A stretch of DNA of 64,000 nucleotides from Blepharisma stoltei ATCC 30299 (lineage: Eukaryota; Protista; Ciliophora). Position 1 is the stretch's first letter. Each line of letters starts with the position of its first letter. Shown one piece after another: positions 48,001 to 60,240 of this stretch. The translations under genes were made by a program, and so were the position numbers. Where the stretch lies: the NCBI GenBank assembly GCA_965603825.1, contig CBFDEM010000058.1, forward strand, positions 558,001 through 622,000. Reading direction: 5' to 3'. The notes beneath the pieces were generated by a model. It made no database searches, was not told the DNA's origin, and saw only the letters and a list, made by a program, of their open reading frames with translations.

Positions 48001-49375
48001 TTATTTTTTAGTCTTCAATTTATTTAAGCTTGTTCTCAATTGGCTTGGCTGATTTTTTGCAGCTTTGCTTTTAGCAACTTCGAGCCTCCATGCATTTATT
48101 ATAATTCCTAGCACAAAATCCTTGGAAAATGTAAATTTCCTTTCATTTAATATGAAATTGCCAAATCCTTTATAAACTGCTTTTATGGGCTTGGATTTAA
48201 TTACTTTTTTAGCTGCTGCCTTATTTTTAAAATTTTCTAATAAAACTTTCATAGTCTCTAGCGATGATCCTTTTGTAATAGAAACTTGAGAGTTTTGAGC
48301 ATTATGCACAGGCTCAGGTGCAGGTGGTAAAACTGAGTCTCTTATTGGAGAAATTTTTCCAAATTGATCTAGAATAGTATTTTTGCCACTTTCATTCTCA
48401 GTCGGGGAGAAATTATTGATAGCTTCAAGGCTTGATATTCTTTTATGAATAGCCTCTTTTTGGATTTTAAGCTGGGATATTGGCTCATCTACCTTTCTTA
48501 AATCAATGTCTAATTTAATTCTTTTTTTTGGCTTGGCAAGTGAAACAGTTACAGTTGCTACTTCATTTAAAATTGATTGCTCTGTTTGTATAAATTCATC
48601 TAGCTCTACATGATCAGGTGGATTCTTATTTTCACTGGGCAAAGTTTTGCTGCTTCTTAGCATTGCTTCTTCTTTCTTATTTTCTGTTTTTATTGGTAAG
48701 CGAAAAGTTTTAATAGGCTTTAATGACTGCCTTGGTGACATAAAAAATTTTTGACTTGGACTTCCTGACTCACTTCGGCTTCTGCTAGAAAACGAAAGTT
48801 TTCGTGATTTCCTGCCAGGCTTATCTGTGTCTGATTTTGGTGATAAGCTTGTAGTCCTCATAGAGTCACTTAATTTCAGTGTTTCGAGAGCTTCTTTGAT
48901 ATTTAAATCAAGCACCATACTGGACCCTGAATCATTTAAACTGGATCTTGATATATCAGCAGATCTTTTGATTTTTTTGACTACTACTTGTGAATCTTTT
49001 TTATCTGAAATATTGAATTCAACACTGTACTTTGCTTGGCATCGCGGAATAATCTGTAAAAAAAATGATCGGACTCTTTCTGAAATTGAGCCTTTAGACG
49101 AAATAATAGCAATTTCCTTGAGCGCTTTTTCAAAATCTTCGAAGCTAAAGGATATTTTTGATATAGAAATAGTATTACTGATTCTTGATAATACAGCTCG
49201 AAGCTCTGCAATTGATATTAAATCCTATATAAAAATGTACCGGGCAAATTCTTGCAATTTTGCAGAATTTCTGAAACTCTAGCACAGGCAGTTTTTTATC
49301 ATGCCCAAGGTGCTTTTTGAAGATGCTGTGAAAAGTTCTTTTGTTGATTTCAAATAGAGTAAAATTTTGATCCAT
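48001..49375 (-). CDS. protein with N-terminal p25-alpha/TPPP- or EF-like domain; one 16-nt intron
   Basis: Splicing 49225-49240 joins ORF 49375 to the frame of ORF 48001-48918, giving EFQKFCKIARICPDLISIAEL...SFEDFEKALKEIA. Confidence 0.75.
49225..49240 (-). other. 16-nt intron gtacatttttatatag
   Basis: GT..AG, phase 0, restores the reading frame. Confidence 0.85.
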
Positions 49376-49390
49376 ATTATTTTAATAAAT

Positions 49391-51340
49391 TTATTTAGGC
49401 TCTTGTGGTACAAAACCAAATGGCAAATCAATATGTTGGAAAGGCCTGCCGAGGTCTTTGTATCTTTGTATGCGAAACTTACTGACAGGGCTAGGTGACA
49501 AAAATTTCGGATCTAGAAAAGGTGCTGGCACGATAGATTTAGGTGAAGCAATAGGCTGCAAAGATCGGCCTCGTAGATTAAGATAGCGATGCTTAGGCGG
49601 CTCTGTAGGAGGTGGCTTCATTGCAATAACTGGAAGTCTTGGTCTTTTTTTCTCAGCTTTAGAGCTATCCATAGACAATGGCGGGAAAATTGATGACATT
49701 GAATCTTCTTCTTTGTCATCTAATTTCGGTCTATGCAGCAAATTTTTCTTTTTGAACTTTTTCTTGCTTCCTCTCTCGTGGGAAGTTCCACTATTATCTG
49801 ATAAATATGATACACTGGAGTCCTGTATAAACGGAATGCTTGATTCATTTGAAATGTTTAATTCTTTTTTTATCAAATTTTGATGGTTGTTTATTTCCAA
49901 AAAATTATTATTTGACGAAAAATCTGACTGAATCCCTGATAAATTAATTTCTTCTGATGCATTTTTCTCAGAAAATGATTTTTCTTGTAAGAGTTCACTG
50001 AGTTCAAGCACGCTTTCTTTTTTAATCACTTCAATTTTTTCTTCGTCTCTGTTTTTAAATGTGAGGGTCCCTGATAAATTTAGGGTATCGTTAATGTCGT
50101 TTTTTACGTAGCTTGCTTGTAGAAAGCTGCCGAGTGAAGTTTCATCAACGCTTTGGTCAGTGTTTCCGATTGGGCTTGGCTTTTCAGGAAAACCTTGGTC
50201 TGAGCGGCTTATGTCTAATAAATCGTCGAGGCAGACATCATTTCCTTCAGGGACTTCGTTTTCAATTAATGTCATTACAAATCTTTCTTGTTCTTCGACG
50301 CTTAAGATATTTTCTGGGAAAATATTTTGCACAGCTTTTCCATTAAATACTATCCCAGCTTGTGGAGTAACTTCTGAGGTATTTTCATATATAGGTTTAT
50401 TTACATCTCCACAAGTTTTACCATATTTTGGCTCTATCAACAAGCTGCTATCTCTTGATTTTAGCCCAGTCAATAAATTTGTGAATTTCAGAGACTCAGC
50501 ATTAGATAAAGATTTCATTGAAATAGGCAAGCTTTCAATAAACCCTTCATCTAAACCTAGTTTTAGAGATCCGTCTTCTATATCATGGTGTCGAAAATTG
50601 TAGAGTTTTGATCTCAAATCATGCAATTTGTTATAAAAAATTAATCCTGACCCTTCCAGCCTACTAGGTGGCCCTGAGCTGTCTTCTGAATCTACATTCA
50701 TATCCCAATTTTCATCTCTACTCGCTTCCAGCTTTGTAATTTTAATTTCTTTTGCAACCCTTTCTTCCCCCAGGGCAATTCGTCCTTCCTCTTCAAGCTC
50801 CTCCGGGCTAAAAAGATCCTGCAAAATATTTCCCAAAACAGGAACTTTTTTTCATTTCAGCTTATAATGAAATATAATTTCATCTAAATCATGGTCAATT
50901 TCTTTAAGTTTTTCTTGCAAATCTGAATGGATTTTCGACTTCAGCTCTTCAGATTCTTTAAGCCTCTTTTCAAGCTCATTAATCTTCAGCTGATACTCGT
51001 CTTCTATTTGAGCAATTTGATCAATTAACTGCTGTTCATTCTGATTTTTCGCATAATTAATCCTAGGCGACGGGGTTTTTACATGGCTTGTTCGGATTTT
51101 TGCTTCAAATGCGTCTTCCCAGCCTGAAATTAAATTTAAAATTTCTTCTTTGAGATTTTCAATAGTTTCTTTAGAAGATACTTCGGCTTGGAGCTTATCA
51201 AGGGTAGAAAAAATTGTTTGGGCCTGTAAGTTGAGCTCTTCCATAGTATCATAAGGAGAAAAAGGGGCAGATTCAAATACAGGGGTAGAAAACTTAGGTG
51301 GCGTGAATTCTAAACGTAACTTTGGGATTTCCATTTTCAT
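49391..51340 (-). CDS. hypothetical protein (649 aa), N-terminal coiled coil
   Basis: ORFs 50852-51340 and 49391-50836 are in frame and joined by TGA=Trp. Confidence 0.75.
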
Positions 51341-51399
51341 TGAAATTTAAAGTATTTTTGTAAATAGATAATGAAGGATTCATAATTTAAATATAAAAC

Positions 51400-52446
51400 A
51401 TGGGCTGCAATAATATTAAATGCTCAGATCCTAACGAACTTAATTTCACTTGTACCCTAAATGGCACACAAACACTGGTTTCAAGCTTAAATGTATCTAA
51501 TGGCTCAACAAAGCCATCACTTAGTACTGAAGTTAAAGCGAAGTTTATGTTTGAGACATCAACTGATAAGTTTCATAAAGTCAAAACACTGGCAAATTTA
51601 TATTTACAAAAATATAATAACTTTCTAAAACTCCAAGAAATTATTGGAATATGAGAAATCGAGGTCTATGACAAATTACGAAATTCAATGGTTAATCCCG
51701 GGGATTTAAATTTAAAAGTTGAAATCGACAGTCAAGAAAATCAATTTATAATCATAATTGAAGCTGATGGTTTACGCAAATTCGACCCTATCAAAAGCTT
51801 TTGCTTTGAAGTAGAAAGGTTTGACAACGAAATTTCATCAGCATTCAGCTATAAAAAGTTCCAAGAAAATGTAAATTTTCTGTCAAGTCTGTCTCCTTTG
51901 ACAATAACATTTTATTTGTCATTAGGAGAAAAAGTTGATTGTGGAATTGGGGTGAATAAGCCTTTAGATAGAAAAAGCTTGACTGAATTTTTAAGTGACT
52001 CCAGTGAAAGGCTAAATATATCGAGATGGTGCTACTCAGCTGGGATGCCAATTCCTATCAGTGTTCAATTTTCATGCTTTACTCAGGAGAAAGGATGCAC
52101 TTTTTATATATTTGATGGAGATAAGGATGGAAATTATTCAAGAGGATTTACATTATTTGAATATTTTGTAGGGCCTATTCCGGATGATATTAGAGAACTT
52201 TTAAGCTCAGCAGGAGGAGAAGAGGTAAAATGCTCTCTTTCGTTTGAGAATAATGGCGTCAAAAGTTTAAGCATGGGGATTAAAAGGTTGCCGTCTATAA
52301 GATCTATTGAAATTGGAAAAGCGATTGGAGATGGATTTAATCCTGAAAGATGAAGTGCTTATGCATATTTATTGGGAAGTAATACTGAGATATCTATTAA
52401 TCTGACACCAAATGGGCTAGTAATGAAGAGAATTGCTGATTTATAA
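51400..52446 (+). CDS. hypothetical protein (348 aa) with MGC N-terminus (possible myristoylation/palmitoylation)
   Basis: ORFs 51400 and 51688 joined via TGA; TAA 52444-52446. Confidence 0.75.
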
Positions 52447-53668
52447 ATATAAGGAAACCTGTTTTTAAATATATTAAAGGTATTATTAGCTTTTATTTAA
52501 TATGTCAAATTTAAATTTTGCAAAGAAATTATTTTTTCATTAATTCCTCCTAATTTTTCTAATTTTTTGAACATATCTGCTTTCTCAGTTTTATTTTGTT
52601 CTTTATAAACCTTTTTCTCGTGATCTTGGCTTTTATTTGATTTAATTCCCCAAGGTCAGCAGTGTTTTTACTGCTGACAATATATTTACAGCTCTTCAAA
52701 TTATCAGTAATTTCATTATTGATCCATATTTATAAAGTTCTAAATCCTCATGATCTCTAAAATCACTTACATGAATATATTGCGTAAATATGCTCGCCGT
52801 CATCATCAAAAAGTCAGGCTTTTGTTCATATATTGTGTCCTTTAGTTATAATTTCGTGTCTTTTGTGAGTCAAAATCTATAATACTTCCCATCAATACTG
52901 AGATCCATCGAGAGCATTCTACTACTATGCGTATAAATAATGACAGACTCCGATTTATTTACCAAATCTCATATCCTCACAGTCCCATCATCACTTCCTG
53001 AATATAGAACTGTTTCATCTGGCGAAAACATGAGTTTGCTGATTTTATCTGTGTGGCCTTTCAGTTGCTCGACCTCTTCAAATGTGCTGAGCTTGAATTT
53101 CCTTATTATTCCATCTTTACCTCCAGTAAGGACATATTCACTTTTTTTATAAATTGCTATTGTGTATAGGCCACCTCCTGGGAGCTGGACATCATTTATG
53201 CATTCTTTTGTGGAGGCGGTTAATTACTGCTAGTCTGCCTTCAACGTTAAAGATAATGAAATAAGCTTTATCTGAAGTGAGGTTTAAGCTGCATGCCTCT
53301 AAATAGAATTGGAATTTTAGTGGGATAATATTGATCGATATAGTGGATGACAGTTTGCATATCTTCATTGATGGTTGTAGAGTTTTTTTCAGAAAGGAGG
53401 GGTTAGATTTTTTGTAGGTCATGCTTAGACCTGCTGGCTTGTTCTTTGAGATGCTAGTTAAGCTTGTGAAAAAAACAGAATTTTCTGCCAAACTTCAGAT
53501 TTAAATAGAAAATATTAGTTTGCTTATAACAATTGAGTTTAAAAAATGCTATATATTGCAATAAAATAAAAAATCTTTGTAAGATATATTAATATGCTTC
53601 TTTTTAATTAATATTTTAGCAGGTGGTTATTGAAAATTAATGTTAAATGTCTAATAATATTTTATGAC
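52440..53668 (-). pseudogene. internally deleted, frameshifted duplicate of the WD40-channel gene at 55979-59608, including its flanks
   Basis: 52440-52780 matches ~55904-56281; 52779-52878 matches ~58601-58700; 52880-53668 matches ~58988-59794. ATG lost (now TTG); small indels. Confidence 0.9.
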
Positions 53669-53673
53669 TAAAA

Positions 53674-54921
53674 ATGAGATTCGAAGATTTTAGACTATTG
53701 AGCATATTCTTTTCAACAATGCTCATCAATCAAATTTACACAATTATTGCACCTTTCTACCCTCTGGTAGCCGAGAAAAAAGGAATCGCCCAATGGGTGG
53801 TTGGTTTAATTTTTACCGTGATGCCTTTGTCGGGCTGTCTAGTAGCATCCCATATTGGGAAAAACTTGTCCTATTTAGGAAGAAGAAACACATATACAGG
53901 AGGAATGCTCTTAGGTGGGATATCTCTAGCAATTTTGGCCTTCATCCCAGAGGTCACTAATGCAACATTTATCCTGATGAGCATTATCTCGAGGATATTG
54001 GGAGGCATCGGGATGATCTCGGTGTACATAGCTGGTTTTGCAATCATTTCAAGTGACTATGGAGACAAGAGGGAAAGGAATATTTCCATTCTAGAAGCTT
54101 TTGCAGGGCTAGGACTTATAGTTGGCCTATCATCCGGGACACTCTGCTATGCTTTGTTAGGGTTCACAGGAATTTTCCTGTTTTCTTCAACGCTGTTTTT
54201 CATGTTTACGCCTTTCTTGTGGTACACATTGTCAGAATCTACAGAATCCCAAGAGGTGAAAGTAAACACAGCTTGTTGGAGTCTCCTAAAAAATAAAAAT
54301 ATTTTGCTAGATGTGCTGGTAGGGCTTTATTCAAGCACGGCGTACAACTTTTTCGACCCAAGCCTAGGGCCTTATATGATCTCTTTAGGGTTCACAGAGC
54401 AAGATGTGGGGTACATTTTCATTATTGAGACACTTGCGTATGCAGGTGGAAGCTTTGGGCTCGTCTTTTTGCTGTCACGAGCCAATAAGTTTTACTTGAT
54501 GATTTTGAGCATGGTGATGATAATGCTAGGAGAAATAGTGCTTGGGCTGATAGGAGGATTTATGGATACAGTGCCACTCTGGATTCCAGTGCTTGGAATA
54601 TGCTTAGCTTCCCTTGGAGCTTCGATTGGGTTTGTGACGCCTTTGCCTTCGATGCTTAATGAAGCTGATATGCTGCCTCATAAGGATATGGACATTAACC
54701 CTGATGCTCTGTCTGCACTTTTTACAATGGAGGTTACAATGGGAGAAATTATTGGACCGATGATGGCAGGAATTTTAGTGCAGTTTATAGGTTTTGAGCT
54801 AAGTTCCACATCAATTGCTATAATTGGTGCTATTTTAATCGTTATCTACGGAACTATGAGAAGAGCCAAATATTTGTTAATATCAAGTGAAGAAGATCTA
54901 AAGCATCCTTTACTAATATAA
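53674..54921 (+). CDS. MFS transporter (SLC18B1-like)
   Basis: About 12 hydrophobic segments; IIAPFYP, LGRR motif A, SRILGGIG, GEIIGPMMAG. Confidence 0.9.
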   Translation: MRFEDFRLLSIFFSTMLINQIYTIIAPFYPLVAEKKGIAQWVVGLIFTVMPLSGCLVASHIGKNLSYLGRRNTYTGGMLLGGISLAILAFIPEVTNATFILMSIISRILGGIGMISVYIAGFAIISSDYGDKRERNISILEAFAGLGLIVGLSSGTLCYALLGFTGIFLFSSTLFFMFTPFLWYTLSESTESQEVKVNTACWSLLKNKNILLDVLVGLYSSTAYNFFDPSLGPYMISLGFTEQDVGYIFIIETLAYAGGSFGLVFLLSRANKFYLMILSMVMIMLGEIVLGLIGGFMDTVPLWIPVLGICLASLGASIGFVTPLPSMLNEADMLPHKDMDINPDALSALFTMEVTMGEIIGPMMAGILVQFIGFELSSTSIAIIGAILIVIYGTMRRAKYLLISSEEDLKHPLLI

Positions 54922-54959
54922 ATTACTAAATAATTTATTATTTCATAAGAAAAAAGTAA

Positions 54960-55890
54960 AATTAAATAGAAAAATCTGGGTAGCACAGGACAGACCTTTC
55001 CAAAATCCATGCTACCTTTTAGATATGTCAAGATGCTCTACCCTTTTCAGCTGCATCTTATCAACACTTTAATAATAGTATTTTCCAATATATGAGTCTG
55101 TAAGAGTTAAGGCTATCAGGATTCCCTTTTCCTTTATAAATAAAAACAGTTTTGGTTTCATTTGCCTCTTCAAGGATCCCAAATCTCTTGAAGAAGTCGA
55201 AGATTTAGTTAACGGCTTCACAACAATATCTTTGCATTTCTTGATAGCCTCATATGTTCAAGTGCATGCTCTTCACTATCGAATTGAGCATATACAACAT
55301 ATCGTGATTTAGGGTTGAAAGGTAAAACAACATTCTCTCCTTCTGATTCAATTGCATGCACTATCTCAATCTCACCAACCTTAGCATATTGATCCAGCAC
55401 CTGTATTAGAACATCAACAGGCATACCAGCTGGCAGTGTAAATGAAATCATGTATCTCAAGTAGTTTATATCTCCTGTCATTATATACTGGACAGCAGGG
55501 GCATGGATTCTTCTATCTTGTGTACTGAAGGTTATATATACTATTTTTAACAATTCCTCCTGCGCTAGGACTGAGCAAAAGGTCATGACAGAATCTCCAA
55601 ACAACAGCTTCTTGCTCTTCACAATTACTTGCTGACTTTATTGCTGTTTTAGGGCCTTCATATGATCAATATAGATGGCATCTTTCATTTTCTGTTAAGC
55701 CTTCTTAAAAATTTTGAGAGGTAAATTTTAATTGTGTTACACATGCAAGTTGTCTCAGTATGTACAGGTAAAAAATCAACTGGAGTCAAAAAACAAAATA
55801 ATCTGCCATCATCCATAATTCCTACTACTGATTCTGCGTCAGTAAGTGACCAAGCGACTCGCCAGTAAATTGCTCCTCCTCCATTTTTTA
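54960..55890 (-). mobile_element. decayed non-LTR (LINE-like) retrotransposon fragment: RRM-like ORF1 remnant plus reverse transcriptase N-terminal motifs
   Basis: Minus-strand translations KTVFIYKGKGNPDSLNSYRLI, LENTIIKVL and *HGFWKGLSCATQI (54973-55204) match the LINE RT consensus (IxKxKGD..NYRPISL, QxGFRKGRSCxTQI). 55218-55622 has RRM-like VYAQFDSEEHA. Confidence 0.8.
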
Positions 55891-55978
55891 AAAAGTTCGT
55901 TTTTTATAAATATAAGGGAACCCTACTTTTAAATATATATTTAAATGGTATTATTAACTTTTATTTAAAATGTTAAAT

Positions 55979-58900
55979 TTAACTTGATGGCTTCGTCTGC
56001 TCTTTTAAGCAATTTTGCAAAGAAACTATTTTTTCATTAATTTCTCCTAATTTTTCTAATTTTTTGAGCATATCTGTTTTCTCAATTTTATTTTGTTCTT
56101 TATAAACCTTTTTCTCGTCGATCTTGGCTTTTATTTGATTTAGTTCACCAAGGCCAGCAGTGTTTTTACTACTGACAATATATTTACAACTTTTCAGATT
56201 ATCAGTAATTTCATTGACTATTGAACCATATTTATAAAGTTCTAAATCCTCATGATCTCTAAAATCACATACATGAATATAATGCTTTTCATTTTTGCAT
56301 TTAAAAGGTCATAATTTTTCTCCTTCTAAAATAATCTCAGCTAGGCACTGCTTTTCATTGTATTTACAATGATACAAAAATTTAGGATAATTTTTTCTAA
56401 TAATTGCTATTAGTGAGTTCACTAATAAAATTTGGATAATAAATCCAAGAATTAAAACGACTGCTATATTAAGAGGGTTTGGTATGCTTTCATCATTACC
56501 AATTGATGGTGCTTGTAAATATTTCATAGATTTTAATAATCAGTCTCCAACAAAAATTTCCCAAAATGCAGAGGCAACTGATAAGAAAATAAAATTCAAA
56601 AATATATTGCCTAATATGTCTAGTATAAATTGAAGAGAAAAAATAATATTTCTTGTATTTTCAAATAATTGGAAAACTGAAACAGATTTCAAAAGAGATA
56701 TTAAAACCAATAAAGAATAATTTATTTCTCAATTTCCGAGTAGCAAAATTAATGGGAATAAATACAAACGTATATATGAATAATCGTTTCACATAGTAAT
56801 TTGTTTGTTTTTATTTGTTTTAACGAGTAAGTAAGCATCAAATATAGTTATCAGCAAATTAAAAAACTGGCAATAGTAAAATTCTAAGTTACCTTTCATA
56901 TAGCTTAAAAATGTAAAAGCAAAAAGTCATGAAATAGCAAAATAAAGAAAATATATAAATCGCATCGTTCATTTAAGTTTTTCTCACTTATAATTGATAA
57001 TATAATAAAAAATTTCTGTATCAATAATTTTTTTATTTGGGCATTTTATCATACTCTCCATAAATTTTATACTTTCTTCTGACCCAATATTTAAATTCAG
57101 CATGATCTTGCTACAATAAAATTCAATTTCCTTAGTTTCTTCGTTATCTTCTCCTTCTTTTAAGTTAAACTCACCATTAGTTATTTCTGAATTTTTAGAT
57201 AAGACAATCATTGGTAATTTTTGATTCACTAAACATCTTTTTTGTAGAAAATCTGAATTAGATTTTATTAAAATTCTTTCATAAAGTTTGTTAAGAGATC
57301 TACAGCCATACAAATTTAAAGCTGTTAAAGAGTTTTCTATCGTATTAATCCTTTGAGAATAGTTGATATTTCTTAGAAACTCACTTATAATTATTTCTAC
57401 ACAATCAAAATTCCTTTTTGCAATACTAATATCTAAAGGACTCAATCCTCTTCTATCAACAATTAAAGAGCCAGAATTTTCTAAAAACGAGTGTAAATGA
57501 TCAGCTAGATTAAAATACGCATAAATATGGCCAACATTTCAGAATATAGGAGTAATAAATCAGCCATCCATTTCAGGATTATATTCAGGATTTTCATACA
57601 AAATTATCTTTCTTAAATATGCCATGAAATCAGTCGCACAAAATTCATGTCCATACAAATATATCCCTTTAGCTTCCATAGGATTCTCTTTTACAATTAC
57701 ATCATCCGCTGCAGAGAAAATTATATATTTTTCATCAGGACTACAAGTTATTGAATAACTCAATCCTTCAGCTTCAATAGGAACTGTTGCTAGTTTTGTA
57801 AAAGTTTTATAATCCCAAAAAGTCATACCATTTTCAGATGATAAAGCAACAAAATAGTTTTTCGTTTTGCTGAAATAAAAATCTATCCCATTCTCATTAC
57901 TTCCAAGTTCAATGGATTTTTCTATTTTCGAATTATTTATGTTTCATATAATAAATGGAGAAGCAGAGTACCCAGAAATAAGGATTTTATTATCATTTGA
58001 AACTTTCAACGAATATATTGTATCTTTGTGATGGATAGCAGGGTCATTTTTCGTTTGATGTGCCATATCAAAAACTGAAATATATCCATTTAAATCTCCT
58101 CCAAAAACCAATGAAGAATCATTTGCTATTGCAAGTGCAGTAATTTGGCAATCATGCTTAACTACAGCAATTGGAGGAGAATTAATTCCACTTATAGGGC
58201 TATCATAGTTTTTAATTGTGATCCTGCCTCCAACATCACCTGATATAATAAACTTCCCACAGGGACTAATTAATATTGCATCCATTATATCTTCAAAATA
58301 AATATGATAATCCTGAAAAACATCCAAATCCCAAAATACCATGTCTTTGCTAGATAAACAAGCCACTAAATATTTTTCATCATTTGTAATCTCAATATCT
58401 CTTATATCTGACTCATTGATAATTTCTTTTATTTTTTGCTCGAAATCTCATATTATAACAATGCGGTCATAACTCGTTGAATAAATTAAGTTTCTTTTGT
58501 GAGAATAAACGAGTTTCTTTATTTCCTGGACGTGACCTTCTAATTTAACTTCAAAATCCATATAAGGGACTTTCCACTTTAAAATTGTGTAATCTTCAGA
58601 TACTGTGTACACGTGCTCGCCGTCATCATCAAGAAGCATGGCTTTTATCCATTTTTTGTGTCCTCTGCAGATTATTTCGTGCCTTTTGTGAGTCAAATCT
58701 CAAAACCTGACTGTTCAATCATTGCTAGATGTAACAACCATTTAGTCATTGCGTAAGAAATCGATATTTGCAACTCTTTTTTCGTGTCCTTGAAGTTTAT
58801 GGAGCAGTTTTCAGGTACCAAATTCCCAGATATAAGCACAAGCGTCATTGTCGCCAGCAGCAATCATGCTTTTGGATTTTGTGAGTTTTACACATCAGAC

Positions 58901-59608
58901 ACTATGAGTCGGACCATTTAAAACTGCTTCTACTTCTTTTCTCTCTGTATTGTAAACTTTAACTAATTTATCTGCGCCTCCTGTCACTAAATACTCCCCA
59001 TCAATACTGAGATCCATCGAGAGCATCCTACTACTATGTGTATAAATAATGACAGACTCCGATTTATTCACCAAATCTCATGTCCTCACAGTCCCATCAT
59101 CACTTCCAGAATAAAGAACTGTTTCATCTGGCGAAAACATGACTTCGCTTATTTTATCTGTGTGGCCTTTCAGCTGCTCAACCTCTTCAAATGTGCTGAG
59201 CTTGAATTTCCTTATTATTCCTTCTTTACCTCCAGTAAGGACATATTCACTGTTTTTATAAAGAGCTGTTGTGTATAGGCCACCTCCTGGGAGCTGAACA
59301 TCATTTATGCATTCTTTTGTGAGGCGGTTAATTACTGCTAGCCTACCTTCTACACTACAGATAATGAAATAAGCTTTATCTGAGGTGAGGTTTAAGCTGT
59401 TGCCTCTAAATGGAATTGGAATTTTGGTGGGATAATATTGATCGATATAGTGGATGACAGTTTGCATATCTTCATTGATGGTTGCAGAGCTTTTTTCTGT
59501 AAGACTTAGCTTTGAGGGGTTAGATACTTTGTAAGTCATGCTTAGATCTGCTGGTTTATTCTTTGAGATGCTAGTTAAGCTTGGGAGGAAAACAGAATTT
59601 TCTGCCAT
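55979..59608 (-). CDS. WD40-repeat + ankyrin-like + TRP-like 6TM channel-domain protein (~1209 aa)
   Basis: One frame with TGA=Trp. GH..WD repeats, DRRGLSPLDISI, YK(W)EKLK(W) pre-S1, hydrophobic helices, S6-like ILLVNSLIAII, C-terminal coiled coil; TAA 55979-55981. Confidence 0.85.
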
Positions 59609-60240
59609 GTTTCAGATTTAAATAGAAATAATTAATATGCTTATAACACTTTAGTTTAAAAAATGCTATATAATTCAATAAAATAGAAAATCGTTATAAG
59701 AATGTATTAATATGTTACTTTCTGATGTTTAATTAATATTTTAGCAGATTATTATTTACAATTAATGTTAAATGTTTAATTCATATTTTAGACTGTATTT
59801 ATAAGTAATCATATCATATGGAGCCAAGGATAAAAACCGCAAAAAAATCTTAGCTTGCCATTGAAATAATGCATTGTATTCTAAACTTTAAAGCAATAAT
59901 TTGACTCTAATATCTATTTATAGTTAAGCCTTAATTCACTCAGTTTCGAATTTTATTTCTTCTTTCTTTATAAATGCAAAACACGCTTAGAAAAATTCAC
60001 CATGGATAAATATAAATGCTTTGTTATAATATATTCAAAACCTAACGAACTGTACATAATAGAATCAGCTATAAGCAAGTCTTTCTACAAAGAAATTGCT
60101 AATCTAAATTAATTTGGTTCTTTTCATCTGAGAAATTTATTTAAATATTGTTTAGGTATTTTTTCACCAATGTTCGTAAAATTTCTGTGGTCTGATAACT
60201 TTTCAGGAGACCATTTTAGTAATTGTTTTTTGGCGAAGAA

